64,000 bases of DNA. Origin: Parasitella parasitica NRRL 2501 (lineage: Eukaryota; Fungi; Mucoromycota). Under the pieces are notes generated by a model. That model was not told where the DNA came from. It saw only the letters and a program-made list of their open reading frames with translations, and did no database searches. The stretch covers positions 83,550 to 147,549 of the forward strand of contig MU619275.1 in the NCBI GenBank assembly GCA_025201805.1, read 5' to 3'. This document shows positions 25,003-36,500 of this stretch, one piece after another (the stretch's first letter is position 1; the number at the start of each line of letters is the position of its first letter). The position numbers were made by a program, and so were the translations under genes.

Positions 25003-25413
25003 ATTATTTCACTCGGATATTGTATATATCATTAAATCTTTTCATGTATAATATACCGTATACTGTGAATGAAACTTGAAAGACAATCGCCAAAAAGCTT
25101 CGATTATAGGTATATGCTTGAGAATTACACATTTCCCAAAGCCAATCTCGACGAGCTGGTTTCGGGTCCATAGATGTATCGAGAATACTTGCAACTAGGA
25201 CTTGAACAAATAACAAAACCAAAAGAAAGTAGATCCGTACTATGGCCGTTTTATTTTGTAGTTTGGATTTGGGAGGGGGGGGGTTGCGTGCTATTTATGA
25301 TTACAGTTGTTTATGAAGGTTATTTGACAATTGAAAGAAAGAATATAATATTAATAAAAAGAAAAAAAAATAGTTGAGCTGCTGCTATTTGCAATGCTGG
25401 TGATGTTGCCAAC

Positions 25414-27222
25414 TTAGATCATCAAATCACTAGGTTGATGCTCAACAAAGATTTCAGTGCCAAGGGAGGGCACGCCATCATAGAGGACGTACAACACACC
25501 AGCACCAGGCGGAAATATAGAGGCCACAGGGGGAGCAGTGATTTTTAAGGTTTGCAAGTCAGCAGAAACATCATGCTCCAAAAACACATAGCGTTGAGAC
25601 ATATGCATTGAATGCGTACTAAAACCAGAGCGAAGCAAACCCACACGGATCTTTTGGGCATCGTCTAAATTAGAAGCTAAGCCATCCAAGTTCAACAAGA
25701 TGCTAAACTCTTCGCCATAAGTGACGACACGAGGCACATGAGAGATCAATGGTCTTGTATTGGTCTTGAAAAGATAAGGAGGAGAAAAGTATTCAACTCT
25801 AAACTCTGTCGGGTATTTGGCATTGATATCGGGTGGGTCCACATTGTTGGAGCCAGCAATCCAAATACGACCGTCCGGTAAAGTGAGAGCTACAGAGTGA
25901 TACATGCGAGCAATATCGGTGTTGGCTAAATTTTGAGTCCATCGTTTCCCCGCAGGAGCAGAGGGAGTATAGATGAGAGGATCAAATGTAGGGTCATGGT
26001 TACGTCCATTATACCCTGCCCAGCCTCTTTGACAGCCATTCACCCAAAGCAAGTTGCCATCAGCCATAATGAGCCCGTCGGGCATTAGACGCTTGTGTAC
26101 AAAAGTTTCCATTTTCCATTGAGGATTTTCATCGCCTAGATTAATGCGACCACAGGTGTCATCAGCAGCAGCATTGTTCTTCATGCGTTCTGATCCACCG
26201 CAGATCAGAATTTCCACATTGTAGTTGTTTTTGGGGTCCAAAGGAAGCATGACAGCACCGCCTGTCAAGGGATACGAACGAGGGTTGCCGGGAATATTAG
26301 GCAGTTCCTTGACAACTTTCTGCTTTTTGTAGTCGTAAATGATAGACTTCTTATTAGCAAAGATGAATAGATTGCCATCAGGAAGAGTGAATACAAAAGG
26401 ATATAGGTTATAAGGCATAGTTTCATTCAAGAACGTGAAATTGACTTCTCCTTCCGGTCTAGGAGGCCAGAATTCATAGGAAGGTACATTCACTTCTGGA
26501 CGATTGACAGCGGTGCCTTTGGTAGAACCGCCAAGAATGAACAAATCACCTTCAGGTAACTGCTCTACAGTAGGATACCAACGATTTTGAGTCATTCTGC
26601 CAGTCTTGTATTCTTCCCAAAGACAAGACTGGTCTGTGCAAGGAGTGAAATGGCGAATGGACTGCCAGCCAGGCTCTGCTTTCCAGTCTCGACCCCTTTT
26701 TTCACCGCCACCAGTGCTAATGAAACTTCCGTTGCTCAAGAAGCCGCCTGCAGAACAGAATGTGTTTGTCTCAAGAGGCAAAGGCCGATAAGTATCTGTT
26801 TCCAAGTCATATTGCACTGAAAAGGCGCTCTGCCCAGAATCGAACTGTGCTTCGTTCCATTCAGCTATCAAGATTTGTCAATGTCAAATGCTGGACTAGC
26901 CTGATGGATTTTTTTTTTTTTTTTTTTTTGATATTGATATTACCTTTGTCGATAATTAAAATGGATTTTTCGCTAGATGAAATAACACACAAGGGTGAGT
27001 GAATAACAAGGATCTCTGCTACAGCCAATACATGCTATTTTACTTTAATAAAACTGCGTGCATAGCAGCGACGCCAGTTCTGCCAATAGCCTCCATTTTG
27101 CCGGATGTTGCGAAAGGGGAAACCACATTTTGGTTATCTGACCAGTAAAAAGGTGAATCTTGTATTTGAGCCGATGCAGCTGTAATAGCAGCTAAAATTG
27201 ATAGAAAAGGCGTTGATTTCAT
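25414..27222 (-). CDS. Secreted copper radical oxidase (AA5_1, glyoxal oxidase-like)
   Basis: Signal peptide MKSTPFLSILAAITAASA. 29-nt microexon at 26944-26972. Cofactor and Cu-ligand motifs TFCSAG, RWYPT, RMYHS, FSTHS. Confidence 0.93.
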
Positions 27223-27790
27223 AACGATGATATGAATGCTGAAGAGAAAAAAGGAAGACCTTGAAACAGAGTTGTGGGGCTGAGGGTTTAAATTTAATGA
27301 AATGATGAAAGGAAGCACACACACTACTTTAGGGAGTTTGAATAAATGAGGTGATGTTTTTTTTTTCGTATAATAATAGATTTTACAAGAATAGCTATTC
27401 CGCACAGATGTTCAAAATATTCGATTTATTCGATTTCCAAGATTAGGTTTTGCAGAGCTTTGACGTCTTGATTTTAATTCAAAGTATTGTTCGGCTCATT
27501 TCTGAAATGACCAAAACTTGGTAAAAGGTATAGAAAACAAATAGTCAATGTTGAGCAAGTTTGGGTAATTTGGATGTGGTAAACAATGTGGGGTTTACAG
27601 CATACACTATTTTGAAGAAAAAAAAAAGCAAATAAGCAAAATAGTGTACGGTATGCCGGTATACTTGCAATACAGTTCTACTGTTGCGTGACGTTAAGGC
27701 GAAGAATTAAAGACCCTGAAAGCATTGAATTCTACAGAAAACGTTTCTTTCTTTCTTTTCTCCTTTCCTTCTTCTTGATATATACATATA

Positions 27791-29039
27791 ATGAGAATTG
27801 AGGTTATTTTATTAGGGCTTTTTATGCATAATATCTTTGCATTGAGGTCTATATGGGAAGAATTGGCCATTTCTGAATCCAAGGTCTCTATAAAATGTAG
27901 CTATGCCAACATTGATCTTGTTATTAACACACACAGGAGACTAGACATTTTACAATTCAATCGTCAGCAACTTGAAATATCATCCATTTCAATCGATTCT
28001 TCAAAATACTGCAACAAACAAGACATTCTTTATTCCATCCGAAAATGCAGTGCAGGCAGCTATTCAAAACAATTTATTCAGCACGAATACAACACTGGAT
28101 GACTTGTTATACTCCATACTGCCTACTGTCTATGACATCCACTCGCTTTCATCATCTACAAAACGTCAATATGTCAATACACTCTCCACCAATTATTCTG
28201 TCATAATTTTATCCCCACCCACATCCTCTAAAAATACCCAGGTGCTTGCAGGAACTACAGTAGCTAATATCACGAACCATACAATGTGCAGCAATGGTAA
28301 GAAAGAAAAAAAAAAAGAGAGAGAGAGAGAGAGAGAGGGCGAGAAATAGCCAACAATTAGAAACCTAACCTTATATAAAAAAAATCAAGGCATTATTTAT
28401 TATGTGGACCAGTTTATTACAGCTCCCTTAAACGTAATCAGCACAATCTCATCGCTCTCGGAACTAAATCAGCTCGAAAATATTATAAAGGCGCAAAACC
28501 TTAGCAACATCTTTACTAGCACAGCAAACCAAACTATATTTGCCCCTATTGATGCAGCTTGGAATGCAGTGAATGGATCCAGCATCCCTTTTGGTACCAT
28601 CATACATGATTTAAAATACCACGTAGTGAATGGTACCTACTATCAACAAGACCTGCGGGCCAAAAATCTGACGCTGGTCACTACATATTCATCTGCAACT
28701 ATACAAACCGAAGCTTATGCCGCAGATGGTCGCATTGCAGTGATTGGGGGCGCCAGCGCCATAGAAGTCGACGGGGGCGACACGAATCAAAGACTGACTA
28801 TAGCAAACATAGTGCAAAGCGACATCCTGACATCGTCAGGCAAAGTCATACACTTGATTGACAAGATACTGGCTGCAGATCCAAACAACGTAGTATCTCT
28901 TGCGCGAAATAGTATTACTTCAAATAGCACTAGGACTGGCAAGGCAATAGATGTTCAAAAATCATTTTCCGCATCTGCTACCATATGTAGCAGATTTAGT
29001 CTAGCAATCGTCATGTTGGCAGTAATGTTATGCTTTTGA
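27791..29039 (+). CDS. Fasciclin (two FAS1 domains) secreted, probably GPI-anchored protein
   Basis: Signal peptide. H1 motifs TFFIPSENA and TIFAPIDAAW, LKYHVV, H2 motifs NGIIYYVD and GKVIHLIDKIL. Hydrophobic C-terminal tail. Two introns. Confidence 0.85.
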
Positions 29040-29135
29040 ACTATACATTTATAGATAATATATTTATATATATATATATATATATATATACTGTATCATT
29101 AGTATACAAGATTTGGTATTATGATTTATTTGGAT

Positions 29136-30599
29136 CTAGACAGGATGAGGCAAACTAGAGTTTCCAGGCTTTGAACGAGCCACAGAGTCGCGATTGCTAT
29201 TGTTAGAGCCTCGATGTGGGAATCTTTCAAGCGCTCTCTGCACGGCAAATAGAAAACTTTCTGGCCTATGATGTTGAACAATTGGAGAGCTAATAAAGCG
29301 AACCTCATTTGACTCTCTTGTGTTGTTTTTCCGCTTAAAAATGGAAGGCTTTCTAGTAAAGAACACGCCATTTTCGTTGCTTTGATTAGAGACTTGAATA
29401 GAGCTGTTGTGGTTTCTTTGTCGTCTCTTGTAGGTACACAACAAGAGGATCGCCAATGCTATCACGCATATAGAGCCGATACCAAGGCCTAACCCCAGCG
29501 CTAAATTACGTCTGGAGGAGCCGTCGTTCTGGGCGGTTTGATGGAAAGTCATACTGTCATCGCTTCCGATATCTTCGTTGCTACTGGCAGCAGAAGGAGT
29601 GGCACTAGCTGTGCTGATTGCGGTAGAAATAGGGTTAATACTTGCATCAAGTGAAGAACTGAGAGGTATTCCCACAAAGCTCGAGCTTGATGCTCCCACC
29701 TCTCCAAATGCTGCTTTGCTTAGCAACGCTGTGGCTATGGATATTGTTGGTGTAGCTTGTATGCTGGATGTTTGCACTGCTGTTAAAACTCGAGTAGCAG
29801 ACGCAATCTCACCACTTGCAGAAGATGTTTTACTTGCTACAGCTGAGAATATGGAAAATACTGGTGTGGCCTGTGTACTGGCAGCTATGGTTGTTTGCAC
29901 TGCAGTTAAGATTCGAGTAGATGTAGTTTTTTTACTTGTTGTTGTCGTTAATGTCCTTGGTTTTGCTTTTGATTCTGTCGTTGTAGTTTTTGTTGTAGTT
30001 TTTGTTGTAGTTTTTGTTTTTGTGGTGTGCTTTGAAAAGTGTGCTTTTGTTGATTTCACTGATGCCAGCTCAGTGGTTCGACTAGTTGTTTTTGTGGTAT
30101 GAGATGCTGTTACTGTTGTATAATCTTTTTGTGCGCCTTCTTTATCACGCTCATAATGTTCATGGATTACAAGGACATCAAAATGTTTACGATGTTTGTA
30201 GTATTCATAAACATCATAAATCTCATTATTATCATCATGAGCATGCTTGTAATAATGGAGATGTTTGCGATTTTTTTGATGCTTATAATGTTTGCGATAA
30301 TTGCGGTCCTTACAATCCTTATTATTCCTTTTATCCAAGCTACTATTAGACCTGCTATCAAGTAGCACATTAGTTGGTGATGCAGCAGCATTCGACAAGG
30401 TAGATGTGTAAAATAATGACAAAGCACTGTTATGATTAGATTGGTGTTCATCTGTTCATGCGGGGAAAAAATATTAGTTAACAGACATGGATATTAAATT
30501 TTGCAATCATTCAATACCTGAGATAACATTGCAATGAATTACAAATGGAATGGTGCAAATGAACAACAACTGAAATAGTAAAACAAATAGGGATATCAT
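29136..30599 (-). CDS. Mucin-like type I membrane protein (Mid2-like architecture)
   Basis: Exon 30518-30599 encodes a signal peptide (MISLFVLLFQLLFICTIPFVIHC). Intron 30452-30517. His/Lys/Tyr-rich block, Thr/Ser-rich stalk, single TM (LGLGLGIGSICVIALAILLLC) followed by KRRQR. Confidence 0.82.
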
Positions 30600-30804
30600 A
30601 ATAAATTTGGAGATCAAAATCAAAAAGAAAAACACATTCAACTGTTGCAGTGAATTTATAAAATACATATCTCTGCTTCTTTGTTACAACAATAAAGGCG
30701 CACTTATCTGGCCATTCTTTTTAATTTATGCCATAAACATTGTAGATTGGTTTATGCCACCTTTATTCATCATGTTAATATTCCATAAAAGGAAGTTTTA
30801 TCAT

Positions 30805-31642
30805 TTAGCTTTGTCTTCTCTTTTGTTCACCATGACGGCGGTGTGATTGAGACCTCTTTGTCTTTGTAGTCTTCCACCATGGGCCTCTGGTCTTGGTCCT
30901 GGTGTTTTTGGAGCTTGTTGATTTTGTCCTGGTTGTCCTTTTGGTGCTACTAGTCTTGGAGTTCTTGGTAGTCGTCTTGGAGTTTTTGGTAGTCGTCTTG
31001 GTAGTCGTCTTGGTAGTCGTCTTGGTAGTCGTCTTGGTAGTAGTTGTTTTCTTGGTGGTAGTAGTGGATGGAGATGATGATCCAGCATCAACGCCTTGGT
31101 TCTTGTTGACCTTTCCAGGGGTATAAATTCCCTCGCAGTAAGAGCTTGCTACTGTACTCCAGCTTGCAGGAGAAGCATCATAGCGTTGACCAAAGAGATA
31201 TTCAAAAGAAGGGATACTCAACTACAATTATATGGTTATTCAAATGTGCATGGATCCAACCCAACAAAAGAGACATACATCTAAACCGCTTCCACCGAGA
31301 TCAACAGCCAAAACGTAGACAAATTTGGAAGGATTAGCAGAGTTAACAACCTTAAGGCAGAGGTTGCAAGTAGAGCCAGTGTCCATCTTAGCCACGGCAG
31401 TAATTCTAGCCAAGTTTAATTCGTTGTAGGGCATGCCACAAGCAGGAGGATTGTTTGCAAGGGCGGCAGGTGCTTTTTCAAAAAAAAAAAAAAAATTAGC
31501 ATGTAAATGACAGGTATATCATTGTAGCACACTTACGGAGTCCAATGTAGTCTTGGGGAGTGATGCTGGCAGAGCCAGAAAGATTGGCGGCATTGACCAA
31601 AGAAGCCGCCAATGTCATAAATAAAACAGATCTAAAGAGCAT
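30805..31642 (-). CDS. Secreted RlpA-like double-psi beta-barrel (expansin/loosenin-related) protein with Thr/Lys-rich tail
   Basis: Signal peptide; PPACG, ITAV, CNLCLKV, VLAVDLGGSGLDLS. KTTT-repeat tail. Two introns. Confidence 0.8.
30989..31036. repeat. Coding 12-bp tandem repeat (GTAGTCGTCTTG x4) encoding KTTT
   Basis: Four perfect copies plus flanking degenerate copies. Confidence 0.95.
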
Positions 31643-32401
31643 TGTTTTGTAGTATACAACGAGAAGAATAGGAAAGGGTCTGAAGGGGATGTCAAAGGGC
31701 TTTATCGATTTGACTGAACAATGAGGAAATGACAATGATGAAACTGGCCTTTTTTATATACATTTTTGATCCAGTGTGATCAACAAAGTCAAAGCTGACT
31801 GACGGCATTTCTGTTGCACACTTTTTCTTTTTGCAGAAAATAATGTCGCACAGCTAATACAAACATATTAATGAGCGGACAACTGGTGTCTTGCTTTCAC
31901 GACAGAAAGATATACAACAGGATTGCCATACATTGCCGCAATTAATCATTTGTTGTATTAATTGCCTTTTGAAACGCAAAGGTTCCTGTGGAATATAAGA
32001 ATAAAATGTCGTGCAACAACATGAATTCAGAGCACAATCTTGGCTACTGTTGAAGCATACTTGCATCAAGTGTAATAACGTCTGCTACACATCTAATGGT
32101 ATATCTGGAGAGAAAGAAATCTACCCAGTAAGACAACAACCAATGAGCCTAGATTGATATAATCATCAAACAGCAAAGTAACAGCACTGTATAAATAGAG
32201 AATATATTGTAATTAATTTCATATTATTACTTTGAGGAGAGTATGTAAACCATGTATCATCATGCCGATCCATCAAAAATGTCATACAAATATACATGTA
32301 TAAAAAAATGCTTATGTGAAGTGGAAGGATTATTATCAAATGGATGATGGATGTAGCAGAAGAAAGGGAAGGGGGGGGGATCGTATATATGTATATATAA
32401 T

Positions 32402-33249
32402 TTAAAAACCACAACAGGAAGGTGATTTAGCATTGGAAGTTTCTTCATCCATGGGTAAATAGGTTGTTGGTTTTCTCTTGATGGACGGAAGGTACTGTTT
32501 ACGTTCTACTAAAACACGAGCTATATGGATAAAAATGTCTTCGATTTGGCCTAATAAAAAGAAATCAGGCTGGTTATTCTTTTCCCTTTTTCTTTCTACT
32601 TGCCATTATCTTCTTTTGCCGATACTTCGTATAGTAATGTTTCTGGACCCAACACACGCGTGATGTATTTCTGAGCATCATCAAATGACACCTCCCTCCG
32701 AGCCTGAGCCAAATCCAACTTGTTTGCTGCGACAACGATTACCAAATCTTCCGTCATATTTCTCTTGAGTTCTGTATATGTATATATGTGTGTGTGTATG
32801 TGTGTGTATGTGTGTGTGTGTGTAAGTATAGCGCATATCAATCACTATGTTTTTACCTTCTATCCAAGATGACAATTCTTCAAAGCTTTCTTGCGATGTT
32901 ATGTCATACACTAACAAAGCAGCCTGTGCGCCTCTATAATACATTGGAGCCATTGCCCGGAATCTTTCTGTTCTCGAGCATCTTTTTCAGTTATCTCCTT
33001 GCATACTCAAACCTTGCTGCTTACAGAATAATTACCTTGGCCTGCTGTATCCCATATTTGAAGTCTGATTTTACAGTTGTCGACTGTTCTACGTATCAAG
33101 GATGTTGTAAAAATAATGCCATTTCCTGTAGAATGGGACATGCAAGACTTACTGTTTTTTGGTCATGAAGGATGCGCCAATGGTGGATGTAGAGTTTGGC
33201 GAAAACGTTTTATCGATGTAGCGTACGACAAGCGATGTTTTGCCGACAC
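32402..33249 (-). CDS. Rab5-group small GTPase, Rab22/Rab31-like; first exon lost in or near the gap
   Basis: [46 protein letters not shown] and C-terminal prenylation motif SCCGF. Confidence 0.9.
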
Positions 33250-33302
33250 CTTGTAGGTTTGTTATCAAGATGTTTCAACACACTTTTTTTTTTTTTTTTT
33301 TT

Positions 33303-33452
33303 NNNNNNNNNNNNNNNNNNNNNNNNNNNNNNNNNNNNNNNNNNNNNNNNNNNNNNNNNNNNNNNNNNNNNNNNNNNNNNNNNNNNNNNNNNNNNNNNNN
33401 NNNNNNNNNNNNNNNNNNNNNNNNNNNNNNNNNNNNNNNNNNNNNNNNNNNN
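33303..33452. other. Assembly gap (N run)
   Basis: Run of N between the Rab and formin genes. Confidence 1.
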
Positions 33453-33578
33453 AAAAAAAAAAAAAAAAGAAAGGAGGGGGGAGGAAAAAGAAGGGGAGAA
33501 GCTATACCACACAACAGCTGTTGCGATTTTTCTTATTCCGCAATAGTAGTGGTGGTAGGTGGCAATGCTAATCTCATT

Positions 33579-36500
33579 CTATTCCTTCTTGATATCGTGT
33601 TTCTCCAAGCCTCATCACCACTACGAAGACCAGCTTTCAGTTCTTTTAATACTTGTTCAAATCCTTCTTCTGTAGATCTTGCAAAAGAGTCTGTGACGGG
33701 AGAAGTAGTTGTGCTTGCAATACTGCAGTTGCTAGATAATGTAACTTCATGTTCTTGTTCCTGCTGCTGGAGTTGCTGTCGTTTCTATAGTAGACAAAAC
33801 ATAAGGGCCGGTTTGAATACGCATTTATCGCAAACTTACCTTGTCTTGCATCTCTTGTTGACGTTGTCTTCTCAATGCTCTTTCTCTAGCCTCGTGAATC
33901 TCGATTTGTGCCTTTTCAAACGAATTTGAAAATGCCGAGATGATTTCAAAAAACTCTTCGGATTTGATGGTATTTGGATCCTCTCCGTAGTAAATAATCA
34001 ACTCTCTGAGCTTTTCCTCGATATCTTTGGTCATGGCCTTGAGGTCATTCACTACAGGCTCTGCCTCCAGCAAAAACTCTTCCATGGCTTCAGCAAAACG
34101 ATCAATCTGGAGCTCAGATGTCTTTCTACGTCTGTCCAAGTTGACCTCTTCCTTGATATGCGCCAGATTTCCATTCAGCGAATTGACAGAAGCAAACAAG
34201 GTGATAGCCGACACTATTTGTGTGTGTGTGTGTGTGTATGTTAGTACTTTTTGTCTATATGGAATAGTATATGAGTTAACTTACATTTAGCAGCGGCTTG
34301 CAAATGAGAAATGTCCTGTCTGAAATTCACCACGTCGTCGTCAGACTTTGACAAAAAGTAAACCAGGTAATGCAACAAGGTAGGCAAGTTGCTGATGCCT
34401 TCTCCCTCTGCTCTTGTGTCTCTCATTTTCAGCAAGGCATCCAAATGGAACCCGCGGGCGTTGCCTCGAATAGTCTGCCCGTTGAGGTAGTTTCCAATAG
34501 CAAGCACCGTCTTCAAGACATATTTGAACTTGGAGCTCGATCTTAGCTCTGTGATGGCCAGCTGGAAAGTGTCCAGTTCAGGCAGGATTTCCTCCAATTC
34601 ATCCTTGAAGCGACGGCGGAAGATCATACAGCTGATTCGGTCTGCTAAGCGAGGGATGTACATGATGGATCTAAAGTACTTTTCTGCGTTGCCCAGCATG
34701 TCGATATCGCCCTGGTATTCCTTTACCGTTTCAATTTCTTCCTTGGTGGGAATGTACTGTCGAATGGCCATGAGATTATCAGTGGTGAGGCTATTGTCGT
34801 CAATGTTCCAAATCGCATCTCGAATGTCGGGGTAAGGAAGCTTGATCTTGGCCAACATGATCGCAATGTTGTTGGCTCGGTTGAACTCCAGCAATGTAAT
34901 CAGGTTTTGCTTGCGAATCACCATGCCCTTCGATGCAGTTGCACCACCACCACCACCACCAGCAGCAGCAGCATGTTTCTGTCCCTTTTTAAATAAACGT
35001 TCCAATTCAACAGTGTCTAATTGGACAGGCGCTCGCTCAAAGGCCTCTTCTTCATCGCTACTGCAACTGTCGCTACTGCAGCTGCTAGTTTCGAAACTAC
35101 TGGTGTCATGAAGCAATGGCACAGGCGACTTGACAATCTCATTCCAAACTGTATTTTCAATCTTATCCATAGGCAACTTGGACCAGAAAAACTGCTTCAT
35201 GACAATGGGATGAGGAGCATCGTTAGTTGCTGCTGCGCCGCTATTCTTGGCAGTTGCTGCTGCATGCTGCTGACTCAGGGATAACCGGAAGCTGTGGCTC
35301 TTGCTCGATGTAGGAGAGATAGGTGATGTTGCTGTGGAAAAAGACGCTCCCGTAGGCGACGTGGGCCCGTTTGTTGTCGCTGCATTTTCGTGCAATGACT
35401 TCAAATCAGGGAAACACAGATTTAATGCCAAGGGATGCAAATATCTTGAGCTTCGATGCGTTGAATTGCGACGCTCCAAATTACGTCTTCTGATGATGGG
35501 ATCAAATGAATCGTCGTGTTGATTTACTGATAAGCTACGTGTCGGAGCTGGTGGAGCTGGAGGAGCTGGTGGAGCTGGTGGTGGAGGAGGTGGTGGTGGA
35601 GGAGGAGGTGGTGGCGGAGGTGGTGGCGCCATGTCTGCATTAGGCGTTTCTGACACTGCTGGAGACACAAGCATATCCTGCTGGTGCTTATCCATCATGG
35701 CTGATCTCTCTGCTTCCATGGCAACAATGCGGTCATCTTTTTCCTTGATTTCTGCTAATGCCTTTGAAACCTTCATCAACAGCTCATTCTTTTCTCTACG
35801 GATTCTCGCTGTAGCGTCTTGACTCTTGATGAAATTATCCTTCAGTTCTTCAACCATATTTCGGAGGCCTTCAACGTCTTCGTTATTGTCTTTGGCATTG
35901 GACGGTGGCGATTTCGAATCAATGGAGGTGCGAATATGCTCTTCGCTGTCTGGATCGTTGGATAGCTTGCCGACGATAGGCTGGATAGACATGACAAACT
36001 GCTGCAGTGCAGACTGGAAATCGTCTAACGCAGACATGTAAGGACACTGGTCATATGAGAGAGACAGAGAAAAACAAAAATGCAAACTTACTGTTGGTAC
36101 GAATAGGTTTCAGACTCTTTGCAAAGATGTGAATTAGACTCCAGATATCCTGCACAAATCGTTTGTTTGTCGACAGCTGGGTTGTGCCGACGGTGATGAG
36201 TTCACTGATACTGTCTACAACCAAATAGTAAACCTCAGGATCGCTCTGGAAAGCCTTCAAGGCAGATGCAACCATGTCGTCTGGTTGGCTTGAAAAAAAA
36301 AAAAAACGGGCAGTTAATTGCAGTGCACATTACATGTAGCAAACACTAGCACACTTACAGTTGCAAAATACTCTGTCTCTTTGTGGTTTCCAATGCTCTC
36401 AGTTTGTCAGTGTCCATCTTCTTTTTCTGTGCGTACAACGCAATCTGCTTTTGCAGTGACTCTGGGAAAATGTCCTTCCTCTGCTCCAAGCGCTTCACCA

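Noticed and set aside
29578-31126. Val/Leu-rich apparent membrane ORFs on the + strand
   Set aside because: Antisense translations of the Thr/Lys repeats in real - strand genes.
33196-33929. ORFs containing X runs (also 48370-48949)
   Set aside because: They stay open only because of N gaps.
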